Part shown: positions 36,204-50,325 of the stretch, one piece after another
How the letters are laid out: each line of letters opens with the position of its first letter
How positions within the stretch are numbered: the first letter of the stretch is position 1
NCBI RefSeq assembly: GCF_030144855.1
Contig: NC_082709.1
Location: 149,234,001 to 149,298,000, forward strand
Length of the DNA stretch: 64,000 nucleotides
Source: Hypanus sabinus
Taxonomy: Eukaryota
Direction: 5' to 3'
Made by a program: the position numbers and the translations under genes
Notes under the pieces: model-generated
What the model saw: the letters and a program-made list of their open reading frames with translations, nothing else
Database searches by the model: none
What the model was told of the DNA's origin: nothing

Positions 36204-38642
36204 GTAGGTGTTTCACACAGGAATAAATCTCGCAACCTGTTTCTCCCAATTACTGGTGAAAATTGGAGATAAAATTTGTAAATTTATACAAACCATATGT
36301 TGAATGCAATCCGTTCGGGTAACGCCTACAATAGCTACAGTCTTTTATTGCGAAATAATTTATTTCAATTTATTGAATCGATCGAAAACTTGCGCTGTGT
36401 TATCGTGAATGTTTCAAATAATATGCTACTTGTGAGGGTTTATGAAAGGAATTGGATAGAGACAAGAGCTGAGGATACCTAGACTTTGGTCCCTGTCGCC
36501 GTCGCTTACTTTCTACAGAACCCGCGTGATCTGCTAATATCTCCAACATTTTGTTTCTTCGCGTGCTTGTACCAACGAAATATTCTTTTTCGGAACAGCG
36601 TTACTGCAAAACACATTCAAGAGGTATGGCAGTGGGCTGCAGATATTATCTACTGATCCAATTCATATAAATCCAATCAAATAAAATTCAAATAAATCCA
36701 ATAAAATATAAATGGCGAAAAAAAAGTAGGATTTTACCGGACTTCGCCCATCGTCCTGTCTGAGTTAATATCCTTCCCCGTTCTGGACCCTTGGCCGATA
36801 CTACTTGGCAACGCAAAGTTCATATTGTAAAATTAATCTAATTTTTCCTGACTTCATCGATTGATAGTTGAATTTCCACGGTATATAAACTGTACTAGGC
36901 GGCCAATTGCAACTCCTGCAGCTGGGTCATAGAATTTATACCCCGAACAGGTGCAGTGCTCAGGGAACGACAACAACAGAGAAAAAAAAACAATGTCCGA
37001 ATTGTATTTATGTGATCATTTGCAACCGAGAGAATTTTCAATTCATGGGTGGTCGCGAATAGAGAAAAAAACAACGTTCAGCGGAAGTGATTGCAGTCAG
37101 GGCAAAATTCACTCGCTCCCCGCCAAATTGTAACCAATTTCAATCGCCATAGTGAAAGTTTCGGGTGTGCTCTCGGCGAGCGCTGAATGATCAAATATCC
37201 CAGGTCTCTACGACTTGCTAAATTACAGTTTTAGGTTGCGACGGGGTGTCCGTTTCAATCGCCTCTCACTGAAATTGAATTCCTGGTCATTCCAGATTTC
37301 CCTGCCCTAAATCACGATTGCATTGCGCTGTGCGAAAAATAAAACGGAGAAGAAACGGAATTAATGTTGCAAGGGTTCCAGTTTAACCAGCGAGGCTCAC
37401 TTCCCAAGCAGGTTGAACAACCAATGAAAGAAAAGGAATCAGAGTGGGACAAAGCCAGTCGTAAATGTACAACTGTAGCAGGGGCTGCTCCCACAAAAAG
37501 CGAGTTTGGGAAATTAATGGAAAATAAGTTGTAAATCGGGAATTGGAAGAGAGGGAGGAATCTGGGGAAATTGCAATCGTCATGGTAGTACTACTGGACA
37601 AATTATTGGAGCTGTAGGTGGACAGTCCCTGAGTCCTCGTGGACTTTACCTCAGGGTCCTAACGGAAACTACTCCCGGGAGATCTAATGCACCGGGTTTC
37701 ATTTTCCAGAATACCCGAAATCCGTTTTGTCTGGAAAATAGCATTTAACCCTTTGTTGAAGAAGGGATGGGAACAGAACCTAAGAAAACTACAAGCCAAT
37801 TAGTTTAATATCTGTTAAAGGTAAAATAGTGGAAGCTGTGATTAAAATATTATAGCATGTAGAAAATATTATAGTGTGCAGAAATATCCAAAGCAAAGCC
37901 AGCATGGTTTTCTCAAGGGGAAATGTTTGACCAAGGCATTGGAGTTCTTTAAAGGGGCCCCTGTTGATGTTCTGTACATAGATTTCCAAAGGTATTGGAT
38001 ATGGTGGCACATCAAAGGTCTTTGCGAAGATTAAAAGCTCACTGTAGGAGTTAATGTTGGGAGGGATAAAAGACCCCAGCTAGTCGAACAGAAAGCAAAG
38101 AGCAGACAGAAATAGTTGGCAAGGTGAAACAAAAAGTATGCTAAATGGATTAACGCTGGGTTCTTAACTTATTATGCTATATATGATTTGTATGAAGATG
38201 TTGTCTGAATGATTGTTAAATTTGTTGATGACACGGGGAGAGGAAGGAAAGCATATTGTGAACAGGATAGAAGGAGGCTACAAAATGATTATAGAAATTT
38301 TAAGTGAGCTGGGAAGTTCCACCATATGGAGCATAATATTGGAAAATAGGACATTGTACTCTTTGGTGGGAAAAATGAGGAAGTACTAAATTAAAAATAA
38401 CAAAGATGTGGTAGGATCTTTAACCTGAAATGTTGGCACTATGGTTCTTTCTACAGCTGCTGCCTGAACTGATGAGTGATTCCAGCATTTTCTGTTGTTG
38501 CTCAGATTTGCAGCATCTGCAAAGATCTGATTCTCATTCATTGCTGAATTCATTACCACTTCCTCAGCAGGAATGTCCACCTGAAATTATTTCTGTCGCT
38601 CTCTCCGTCGGGATTTCTATCTGCCTGTTTTGCACTGTGTTC

Positions 38643-41022
38643 TTTTTAAAAAAAATGTTATTTATTTATTAATTTTTAGAAATTACAAAGAATAAATGTG
38701 GAGATAAAATAGTAAGAAAAATAATATTAACCCTCCCCCCCTTAACCCTTATCTAAAGAAAGAAAAAAAAAAGGAAAGAAAATAAAGATTGCCTGGATAT
38801 CGGAGGATCCCCACATGCTCCATGGAGTTCAAAATAATTTTGATATTTATTTTTACTTGCCCCAATTACTATAATTTTATCTTCAAAGGACCTATGTATT
38901 TAATCCTATCTTTTGTAAGTATGGGAGCCAAATTTTAAAAAATATCATATTCATTTCTTAGATTATACGTAATTTTTTCAAGTGGAATACTACTATGTAT
39001 TTCATTATTCCAACGATCCATAGTTAAATGTAAATCTGATTTCCAAGTAACTGCAATAACTTTTTTGGCTACTGCCAATGCAATTTTTATAATTTTTTTC
39101 TGATACTTATTCAATTTAAGTTTCGTTATTGTCCCTTCAATGTCTCCTAATAAAAATAATAGTGGACTATGTGGGAGTTGTACTCCAATAATTTGTTCCA
39201 ATAAAAGTCTTAAATTTATCCAAAATGGTTGAATTTTAAAACAAGACCAAGTAGAATGTAAAAAAGTAGCAATTCCTTGATTACACCGAAAACATTGGTC
39301 AGACATATTTGAATTTAATCTATTTATTTTCTGTGGTGTTATGTATAATTGATGTAAAAATTATATTGTATTAATCTAAGCCGAACATTTATTGTATTTC
39401 TCATACTATCAGAACATAATCTTGACTAGTTTTTTTCCATCAATTTTAACATTCAGATCAGATTCCCATTTTTTGATTTATGAATTCCTAATTTAATTGT
39501 CTGCTTTTGAATCAAATTATACATACAAGATGTACATTTTTTAATTTTTCCTTTCTGAATTAATATTTCTATTTCACTAGGTTTTGGCATCAGCATTGTT
39601 TGTCCCAGCTTTTCTCGTAAATAGGTTTTTATTTGAAAATAACAGAAAAGAGTGTTACTTGATATTTTATATTTTTTAATTGATCAAACGACAACAATAT
39701 ACCTCCTTCAAAACAGTCACCTATATATTTAATCCCTTTTGAAACCAATTATGTAAAAGTTTATTATCCATTGTAAAAGGAATAAGCCTATTTTGAATTA
39801 AAGTTCTTTTTGCTAATAAAGATTTCTTTATCTCATCATCCATATTTACCTTATTCCATAAATCAATCAAGTGTCTTAATATAGGAGATTCTTTTTTTCC
39901 CGTATCCATTTGGATTCCCATTTATATATAAAATCTTCTGGTATATTTTCTCCTATCTTATCTAATTCTATTCTAATCCATGCCGGTTTTTCTTCATCAA
40001 AAAAAAGATGCAATAAATCTAAGTTGATTTGCTTTATAATAATTCTTAAAATTTGGAAGTTGTAATCTAAGTTGTAACATGTCAATTTTTCCAATGATAT
40101 TCTTGACAACTTTCCTTTCCAAAGAAATTTCCTTACATATTTATTCAGTTCTTGAAAAAACTTCTGAGGTAATTGTATTGGTAAAGTTTGAAATAAATAT
40201 TGCAATCTAGGAAATATATTCATTTTTACAGCATTAACTCTACCTATTAATGTTATTGGTAACATCATCCATTTATCAAGATCCTCTTTTTTTTAATGAT
40301 GGCAAGTAATTTTGTTCATATGAATTTTTTACATCATTATCAACTCTAATACCTAAATATTTTATCCCATTTATTGACCATTGAAGTTGAGTTGCTAATC
40401 GACATTGATTATAATTTCCTTTGGTAAGGGGTAAAATTTCACTTTTATCCCAATTTACTTTATAGCCTGATACTTTCCCATATTCTTCCAATCTAAAAGA
40501 TAATCTTTGCTAAGATTGCAATGCGTTTGTTAAATAAATCAAAACATCATCAGCAAATAAATTAATCTTATATTCTTCCTGATTAACTCTAAAGCCCCCA
40601 ATATCTGAATCTTTTCTAATTAATTCAGCTAATGGTTCTATTGCCAATACAAATAAAGCAGGTGAGAATAGGCAGCCTTGTCTAGTTGACCTCGTTAAGC
40701 AAAATGGTGTTGAAATCTGACCATTTGTAACTACTTTAGCTTGAGGATTAGTATTTAAAATTTTAATCCATTGTATAAAAGATTTTCCTAACTCATATTT
40801 TTCCAATACCTTAAATAAAAAATCCCATTCCAATCTATCAAATGCTTTTTCTGCATCCAAAGCAACTGTCACGCTCATTTCCTCTCTCTTTTGTGCCAAA
40901 TGAATTATACTAAGTAACCGGGTTATATTATCCATTAATTGTCTATTTTTAATAAAACCTGTTTGATCCATATGTATTAATTTTGGTAAATATTTAGATA
41001 TTCTATTAGTTAAAATTTTTGC
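38643..41022 (-). mobile_element. 5'-truncated LINE-1 (L1-clade) element, frameshifted ORF2
   Basis: KILTNRISKYLPKLIHMDQTGF, LDAEKAFDRLEW, TRQGCLFSPALF, LFADD and C-terminal CFRCNQGIATFLHSTWSC. The A-rich 3' tail reads as a T-run at ~38643. Confidence 0.9.
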
Positions 41023-41844
41023 CTTCTCCTATGCCTCATCATATCCTTTGCTTCCCACGCACTGTTGCAGAACTGCCTTCCTGGTTGTTGGATCTTACTT
41101 TAGATTTCATTCACCCAGTCCGCCTGACATGAGCAGGCGTGTACCTATGTCACTGGGGTGTGAAACCCTTCCCTGGCCACCCTCACCTGGTTTAGCCTGC
41201 CCGTCAAAGCAGTGTATCAGGGCATGGCTGCTGTTCCATGCAAACAGCTACTTTGAACCACAGGGGAGTGTCTGGTGGGGAGCGCAAAGTTAATATTCAA
41301 GCCGATTGTCGATACCCTCAAATTCTTCATAGCTCCTAATTGGAAGAAGTAGTGTAATTGTTTCATGTTTCACTCTTGGTCGTTTCGTCAGTCTCCAAGC
41401 CAGAATGCTTGAAACCGCAGTGACAAAACAGTTCTGAATTGCCTTACTGCTTATTTCTCATCAGCCATCAGTGACAAAAATCGTTTGAACATAAATACAC
41501 ATAAATACATAAATACACTCAACTGTCATTATTTAAAAACTGTTCACTCTTAAGCACAGTGTAGTGTCTACCAGCCATGCAGGCATGTGCCTCTGACGCT
41601 AGTTAGAAACTGTTCTGCCCCAAGTAAGCCAAGTGAATCCTGGTTATTTTCTCCATGAGTTTTTGTTCTTTAAGAGTTGTTGCAAATAACTGATGGCCCA
41701 ATTTACTGGAATCTAATGTATATATTTTATATAAGATATAGATACATTGACTTTCCAGCTTTTAGCTTATGTATGTTGAGAGGATCGGAGTTGACGACAT
41801 TGATGATTATGTATTCTTGTGAGATATTACAAACAGCCCTTTTT

Positions 41845-42185
41845 TTCTCTTCTAGTTTTTTTTTCTTTCTTTTTTTGTCTCTTTTTTTCTTCTTTTTTAG
41901 TTATTAGATTAGTAGGGTAGTTAATTTTGCATTATATATATATTTTTTTTATTTTTTCTGTTTTTTTATATTATATATTACAAAATATCTAGACTTACCA
42001 TGTTCATACATATACTGTATGGTTCATGTTTTGGTAAACTCATTTATACTGTAACCATTGCTTATGTATTTTTTCATCTGTAATGGGAATTTGTATGTTT
42101 GTAATTTCTTTATTAATGTATCATTTATATTTTGTTCATATTATTAATAATAATAAAAAGATTGAGAAAGAAAGAAAGAAAGAAA
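41845..42185 (+). mobile_element. L1-like 3' UTR remnant ending in (GAAA)n
   Basis: T-rich 3' UTR, then aataaaaagattgag and a GAAA tail. Confidence 0.45.
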
Positions 42186-44559
42186 GATATAGATACATAT
42201 AAAAGGTAAGGGACCATAGAGCTCTGTGATCCAGAGAGATCTTAGTAAATGATTTGCTGCAGCCAGTAACCCAGAAATGGCAAGTCATTATGAAAGCTGA
42301 GCATTATTTATGTTACTGGTCATTGTGAGGAGAAGAGAATGCAAGAGGATGGAGATTATGCCTCAGCGATAAAGTAGATTTATGAGATCACGTCTGGGGT
42401 TCTGTGTAGAGGATCAGGAGCCTTTCTTCAGAAAGGCTGCTTTGGAAGTGTCCAGAGAATGTTTACTGGTATGTTTCCTTTTGAGGAAAAGTTGGATAGG
42501 CTAGGTTAGCACCTCCTGGAGGTTAGAGGAATTAGAGGGGATTTGATTAACGTGTAAAAGATCCTTTACAGGGGAATTAAGGAGAGAATTTTACCTCTTT
42601 GCAGCAGAATCTAGAACTAATGTTCATCGTAAAAAAAAAGTATGTCATTGCCCATTTTAGACTGTTATGGTCATTCTTTTTTCTTTCAGAATGTCTCGAG
42701 TCTTTGTAACTCTCTTCCTCAAAGGGTAGAGAAGACAGAAGCTTTTTTTTTAAGGCTGAACTACATGGATTGATAAGTAAAGGGGTTAGATGTTATTAAG
42801 GAGATGAGAATGTGGAGTTGAGGTTACAATCAAAAAAGCTACGATCGTACTAAGTAAATGAGCAGGCATGAATGGTGGCTCTGCCCTAGATTTCAATTTG
42901 TACCTTAGTATTAATATAAAATGTTTGGGGCTACTCCACAGAGACTATAGGAAACTTTGCCCTATAATCCTGTGCTATATTGAAATAATAATGTGAAGAT
43001 AGTCAATGATGGTGAAGGGACCTGTACCTTAGGTAAGACTGTAAAACGGCCTCAGGCAACTCTGTTTAGTGGCTGCAAAGCAGGTTTGTGGACCCAAATC
43101 AGAATAGAGTGACATTGTAACTCAAGACTTCAGATTGCAGTTCTGGATTATTGGATTTTCCCTTAGCAACAGTCACACAAATAGTAAATCTAATATTAAT
43201 TTTCAGATTTGTCTATCTTTGAATTAGCATCTCTCCAAAGCTAGAAAATTAAACACAGTTGGACAATTTCAGAAAAGCTCACTCTGCCCAGGAAAATGAA
43301 GAAATTAATAATAACTCTGATTATCAGCCTCTGCATGTATGAAGCCAAAAAACTAGTCTAGCCATTCCACTTTTGCCATAAACATCAGGACATATGACTG
43401 GAATGTACAATAGCTGATGAGTTAGAAACTATCAAAGATAGAACTGAGTGTTAAAGGCACAAAGTTTACTTCAACAAATTACATTTTATAAAACACCTTT
43501 ATTTTAAAGCAACTACAAACATTGAATGAAATGCATCATCTTTACAAATCCTTCCATATATTTCATGGTGAGACAATCCATAATTGAAGGCACCAGTGTC
43601 CATAAGTAAGGATACCTGATGCAGTACTTCCAGGAAACAGCTGGATTGTCTCCAAAAGCGACAACCACTCTTTAAGATATGAACGTTTCATACAAAACAA
43701 GAGTTAGATTTACTCCAGATAATTAATTTGAAGAATATAAGAATAAGTAAAAGTGGTACTTTAATATATTATTTATTCTGTAGTATGACTTTGGAAGGAA
43801 AGATTAAGTAAGTCCCCCTACAAATGTGATTCAGAAACCTTCAGCTCATTTTCAGTTGTCCATTCCATGCTTGTAAAAGAGAAATACCAACAAAAGTAAC
43901 ATCAGATAGATTCAATTTTTAACTCCTTTGGTCATGATAGGTTCCAGTAGCAGTTTATAAATGCTTTGATTGATTATAGTGACAATCTCCAATGTGAGTC
44001 AAGAAAACATTTCATTTTAACCTCTACACACTGTCAGATTGAAATATTACCTGTCAGCTTGAAAAACAAATAGTTGTCATTTGTGCCTTGATCTAAATCA
44101 AAAATAGTGGAAGCAGATTCTGCCCTTGGTTGGCAAGCCTCTGCCTTAAACCTGCATATCGATTAACATGTGGAAGAAAGAGAACGAACACACAAACATC
44201 CTGCAATTAACCAATGTTGTTTGAAGAGGCCGTTGAAGTTATGCTAGTTACTTCAAGAAATGCAGCAGATTTGGGGATAGAGGGCTCAGTAAAGGATACA
44301 TATTTCATGCTTTCAAGTGTGCACCAACAGTTCTGTAGGTTATTATCTGAACATGACACCGGCTTCCACTAATATTGAATACAGGATCAACAGACTGATG
44401 CACGCAAAAGCTATTCAGTTGCCACATCCAGTCTGTGAATTAGGAAACAGGCATACATCAGCCTTATCCACGGTTCCAAATGGTTTGTGTATTGTTTATT
44501 TTTCATTAACAGCTTGACGATTGATAACATACATACTGTGGTAATTTATAAGACATACG

Positions 44560-47500
44560 AGCAGAATTATGCAACTTGACTCTTCCAGTCTACTCTGCCG
44601 TTCCATCATGGCTGATTTATTATCCCTCTCAACCCCATTCTCTTGCCTTCTCCCTGTAACCTTTGACATGTTAACTAATCAAGAACCTATCTACCTTTGC
44701 TTTAAATATACTCAACGTCTCGGCCTCCACAGCCTCCAGTGGGAATGAATTCCACAGATTCACTACCCTCCGGCTCAAGAAATTCCTCCCCATCACTTTT
44801 CTAAATGGACGTCCCTCGATTCGGAGGCTGTGCCCTCTGGTCCTAGACTCACCCACTACACGAAACATCCTCTCCACATCCACTCTGTCTAGGCTTTTCA
44901 GTATTTGAGAGGTTTCAATAAGATCCTCACTCATTCTTCTGAACTCCAGTGAGTACAGGCCCAGAGCCATCAAACACACCCACACATAAAGCAGGAAATC
45001 ACAGGCTGCTGAGCCTGACATCAGTTGTGGGAATGTTATTGGTAGGTATTCCAAGGGGCCAGATATATGATTGACATGGACTGATTAAGGATAGTCAGCA
45101 AGGCTTCGTGTGTGATAGGTTATATCTAATCAATCTTACAGAGCTTTTTGAGCAAATTACCAGGAAAATGGACGAAGGCAAGGCTGCAGATGTTGTCGAC
45201 GTGGACTTCAGCAAGGTATTTGACAAGGTCCCCACTTAGGAGTTGGAAAAGAAGGTTCAGTCACTCAGCATTTAAGATAAGGTAGTAAATTGAATTAGAC
45301 ATTGACTGTAAGAAACCAGAGAGTGGTAGCAGATGGTTGCCTCCCTGACTGGAGGCCTGTGACTAGTGGTATGCCACAGGGATCGGTGCTGGGCCCATTG
45401 TTCTTTGTCACCTATATCAATGATCTGGATGATGATGTAGTTAACTGGATCAGCAAATTTGTGGATGACACCAAGATTTGGGGTGTAGTGGACAGTGAAG
45501 AGGGCTATCTTGGGTTGTAGAGGGATCTGTATCAGCTAGATAAATGGGCTGTAAAATGACAGATGGAATTTAGTGCAACCAAGTGTGAGGAGTTGCACTT
45601 TGAGACAATCAGCCAGGGTAGGGCTTACACAGTGAACAGTAGGACATTGAAGAGTGTGGTGGAACAAAGGGATCTGGGAATACAGGTCCATAATTCGTTG
45701 AAAGTGTCGTCACAGGTAGATACAGTCATAAAGAAAGCTTTTGGCACATTGAGCTTAATAAATCAAAGTATTGAATACAAGAGATAGGATGTTACATTGA
45801 AGTTGTACAAGCTGTTAATCTGGAATATTGTGTGTGCAGCTTCGGCAACCTATCCACAGGAAAGATCAGAATCAGAATCAGGTTTATTATCACCGGCATG
45901 TGACATGAAATTTGTTAACTTAGCAGCAGCAGTTCAATGCAATACATAATCTAGCAGAGAGAAAAAATAATAATAAATAAACAAGTAAATCAATTACTTG
46001 CATTGAATAGATTTTTAAAAAGTGCGAAAAACAGAAATACAGTAGATTTTTTAAAAAAGTGAGGCAGTGTTCAAAGCTTCAATGTCCATTTAGGAATCGG
46101 ATGGCAGAGGGGAAGAAGCTGTTCCTGAATCACTGAGTGTGTGCCTTCAGGCTTCTGTACCTCCTACCTGATGGTAACAGGGAGAAAAGGGCATGCCCTG
46201 GGTGCTGGAGGTCATTAATAATGGACATTGCCTTTCTGAGACACTGCTCCCTAAAGAGGTCCTGGGTACTTTGTAGGCTAGTACTCAAGATGGAGCTGAC
46301 TAGCTTTACAACCTTCTGCAGCTTCTTTCGGTCCTGTGCAGTAGCCCCTCCATACCAGACAGTGATGCAGCCTGTCAGAGTGCTCTCCACGGTACAACTA
46401 TAGAGGTTTTTGAGTGTATTTGTTGACATACCAAATCTCTTCAAACTCGTATAGCTGCTGTCTTGCCTCCTTTATGACTACATTGATATGTTGGGACCAG
46501 GTTAGATCAGAGATCTTGCCATCGAGGAACTTGAAGCTGCTCACTCTCTCCACTTCTGATCTCACTATGAAGATTGGTATGTGTTCCTTCGTCTTACCCT
46601 TCCTGAAGTCCACAATCATCCCTTTTGTCTTACTGACATTGAGCTGTAAATAAGGCTGAAAGAGTAGGGATAAAATTTACAAGGATGTTCTGCTCGGTCT
46701 AGATGACCTGGGTTACAAAGGGAAACAGAATAGGATAAGAGTTTATTCCTTGGAACATAGAAGATTGAGGTATAAGAGGGGTATAGATAGGGTAAATATA
46801 AGCAGGCTTTTCCCACTGAGTTTGGGTGGGACTACAACCAGAGGTCATCGGTTAAGGGTTAAAGGCAATAGGTCAATGGGGAACATGAGGGGAAACTTTT
46901 TCACCTGGAGGATCATGAGAGAGTGGAATGAGCAGCCAGCACAAGTAGTACATGCAAGCTCGATTTCAATATTTAAACCAAGTCTGGATAGGTAGAGTAC
47001 ATGGAAAGTAGTGGTATGGAGGGCTATGGTCCAGTGTTGTTCAATGGGAGTAGGCAGTTTAAATGGTTTCGATATAGACTAGATGGGGTAAAGGGCCTTT
47101 TTCTGTGCTGTAGTTTTTTTTAATGACTCAATGGCTCTATATTAACCCTTTTATTCCCAGAATCATTACTGTGAATCTCCTCTGGACCCTTTCCAATGTC
47201 AGCACATCTTTTCACAGAGAAGGGGCACAAAGCTGCACACAGCACTTCAAGTGTTGTCTGACCAATGCCTCATAAAACTTATGTATCGTATCCTTGCTCA
47301 TATTCTAGTTCTTTCAAAATGAATGCTAACATTGTATGTGCCTTCCCTCCCACTGACACAGCCTGCAAGTTAACCTTTAGAGAATCCTGCATAAGGTTTC
47401 CCAAGTCCCTTTGCACCTTGGCTTTTTGAATTTTCTTCATTTAGAAACTAGTGTACACCTTATTCCTTCTATCAAAGTGTATAACCATACACTTCCTTAC

Positions 47501-48770
47501 ACTATATTCCATCGGCCACTTCTTTGTTCATCATCCTGATCAGTCCAACTCCTCTGCAGACTCTGTTTCCTCAACACTGCTGCCCTTCCACTTATCTTTG
47601 TATCCTCTGCAAATCTGGCCACAAAGTCATCAATCCCATCATTGAAATTATTGACCTATAATCTGAAAAGTTATTTCAATACTGACCCCTGCGGAACAGC
47701 ATTTGTCACTGGTTCTCTTTATTCTGACTCTTTGCTTCCAGCCAATTAGCCAATCTTCTATCCATTCCAGTCTTTTTCCTGTAAAGCCATGGGCTCTTAT
47801 CTTGTTAAGTAGCCTCATGTGTGGCACCTTATCTGAGACTTCCTGAAAAACCAAGTAAACAACATCCACTGACTCTCCTTTGTCTATCCTGCCCATTATT
47901 TCCTCAAAGAATTGCAACAGACAATATTTCCCCTTCAAGAAACCTGACTTTGGCCTACTTTATCATGGGCCTCCAAAACCTCATCCTTAATAAAGGACTC
48001 CAACATCTTCCCAACCAAGACTTCCCAGACTAGCTGGCTTATAAATTCCTTTCTTCTGCCTCCCTCTTTCTTAAAAAGTAGAGTAACATTTGCAATTTTC
48101 CAATGCTTCAGAACCATTCCAGAATCTAGTGATTCTTAAAAGATCAATACTAAAGCCTTCACATTCTCCTCAGCTTCCTATTTTGAAACCCTTGGATGTA
48201 GTTCATCTGGTCCAAGTGACTTACCTAGTTTTCGACCTTCCTGCCTCCCAACCACCTTCTCCTTAGTAATAGTAACTGCACTCACTTCTGTCTCCTGACA
48301 GTCTCAAATTTCTGATATAATGAAGACTGATGCAAAATATGTATGAAGTTTGCCCCCATTGCTACATCCCCATGTCATTTGCCCCCATTGCTACATGTCA
48401 TTTCCAGCATTCCAATATCCACTCTCACCTCTCTTTTACTCTTTATATCTGAAAAAAACTTTTGGTATCCTCTTTGATATTTTTGTCTACCTTATCTCCA
48501 TATTTCATCTTTCACTCCTTGTGTTAAATTTGTCTTCTGTTAGTTTTTAAAAGGTTTCTAACTTCCTTCAACTTCCTACTATTTTTTGCTATATGATCTG
48601 CCCTTAACTTCACTAGTTACCCACAGTTGCCTTGTCTTTCCTTTTGAATACCTCTTCATCTTTGTGATGTTTCTAAGCTGCACCTTCCGTTTGCCCACAA
48701 AAACTCCAGCCTTTGCTGTTCTGCTGTCATCCCAGTTAGTGTTCCCTTCATCAGCTCCTCTTTCATAGAA
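44560..48770. mobile_element. Cluster of CR1 and Rex1/Babar-like LINE fragments on both strands
   Basis: SGMPQGSVLGPLFFVTYINDLD...KFVDDTKI (45302+), FGMSTNTLKNLYSCTVES (46130-) and LLQFFEEIMGRIDKGESVDVVYL (47648-). Confidence 0.75.
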
Positions 48771-49228
48771 GATTATGCTGTGGTAATTTACAAAATACTA
48801 TGTTGTGGTGATTCACAGTATTGGTAATCAATGAATTATGACAGTTCCTTGGCATTAACAATATCTCTCATGAATAATTAGATCATTACTCTGGATATCA
48901 TCTTCCATGACAGTGTGGGTTGTGTCCACTGAAAGGCTATTTTGTGCATTTAAAGATTTTTGTAGAAATAGAATTAGATTGTACATAAGCAGAAGTATTG
49001 TTGATATTCTGTGTGAAGATCCTAAGAAGGGAAACTATTGGCATATTTCATGAGGACAAACTCTGCAAAATGGTAGATTTAAATATAGTTTTGTCTTAAT
49101 GTACAATTTATCTTATATGTATGAGTCTATTTGAAATATTTTATGTAAAGTAACATGCATCAGTTAGAGTTCTATTTGCTTTTCACTGTGACATAGTTTT
49201 GATTCACGTTTCAATTGTAATTTTGAAG

Positions 49229-49330
49229 GATTCTCCAAGAATTATTTTGCTCTGTTGACTCTTATCCTCATTGTACCATTATGCCTCTGGATTATTAATA
49301 ATCGATGCTGTAAACACAAGAATGGAAAAG
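49229..49330 (+). CDS. VJ-C1-C1-ITIM receptor, exon 5: transmembrane (GFSKNYFALLTLILIVPLCLWIINNRCCKHKNGK)
   Basis: Acceptor ttttgaag| and donor G|gtaatc, 102 nt, phase 1-1. An uncharged hydrophobic stretch is followed by RCCKHK. Not in the ORF track. Confidence 0.82.
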
Positions 49331-49476
49331 GTAATCAGATACATTGTTTATTTTTACTTGGTAACTGAACTGAGTATATCAAAAGTGAACATCCCATTTA
49401 GTTCTCAAGGAGAAAAAAAGCAAAAGTGAAAACCTGTTTTAAATTCTACCCAAATGAAATTTTCTGGAGAGAGTAC

Positions 49477-49720
49477 TGTTAAGTTTTGTAACTCCAAAAC
49501 AGAAAACCAATCTAAAGAAAAACATGGGGAGACCAGGACAAATGTATACTCTTTGTTTTTACTTTCAGTGAGGCGCGTATTTATGATGTGGTGGCGTAAT
49601 GACGTATGGCATTCACGTACTTTTACATGTAATGAATTATTTATATGAACAAAAATGATTTATCAAACAATATATTTACAATACTACTCAAATATTACTG
49701 ATATATTAAATGCACAAGGA
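49477..49720. mobile_element. Degraded solo LTR, same family as 12743-12973, inverted
   Basis: Reverse-complement similarity to 12743-12973. No intact TSD was seen. Confidence 0.5.
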
Positions 49721-50218
49721 TAATAATGTAGCCTACAAAATTAAAATAGTTCATCTAAAAAATGCACTAAGATAAGTTTAATTGAGAAACTAAGTACAGC
49801 TAAATATAAATAGTTCTACATCCAATTAAGCCAACATAGTTTTCAAGTATAATTATTAATAACAATAATAACTTATTTCTCGAACACTTCATACAAACAA
49901 TGTAGTTCAAAGTGCTTTAAAATTAGATAAAATTCAAACATGAAAATAAAAGACAAATAGATGTTAGTTAAAAACAAGGTTAAATAAATAGATTTTGAAC
50001 TGGTGTTTAAAATTGTCAACTGAGTCTGCAACCCTTATAGTTTTAGGTATTCAGTTCCACAGTTTAGGAATGTAGTTTAAAAAGCCAACTTGACAATTAT
50101 TATTTGAAGAATTAAAAATTGAAATGTTGATACTGATTAGTATCCAATTGTTACTTCTATGAGAAAATATATGTCCCACTAACCTGAGATGCTTATGATA
50201 TTCATGATATTTTTATAG

Positions 50219-50325
50219 ATTCATCAGCCCATGACAAAAATGTTGATAATCAAACAAAGAGAAAATGGAAGAAGGATGTTGATAATCAAATAAAGAGAAA
50301 ATGGAAGAAAGATTCAGGAAACAGA
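50219..50325 (+). CDS. VJ-C1-C1-ITIM receptor, exon 6: cytoplasmic (DSSAHDKNVDNQTKRKWKKDVDNQIKRKWKKDSGNR)
   Basis: Acceptor ttttatag| and donor |gtaagt. The open phase 1-to-0 exon bridges the TM exon (phase 1) and the ITIM exon (phase 0) exactly. Confidence 0.8.

Larger units (their letters stand above)
34375..36275 (+). repeat. Tandem duplication of an intron plus C1-exon unit (exon offset 1018 bp)
   Basis: ~34375-35270 aligns with ~35271-36275. The second copy carries an extra ~170-bp insert at ~35430-35600. Confidence 0.9.

Noticed and set aside
38568-38672. TM-looking peptide ECPPEIISVALSVGISICLFCTVFFLKK after a good acceptor, next to the L1 tail
   Set aside because: It is out of phase with the C1 exons (the phase-1 reading gives AGMST*), and the KK comes from the L1 A/T run. 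A phase-correct TM exon exists at 49229-49330. At most a cryptic stop exon for a soluble isoform, with no support.
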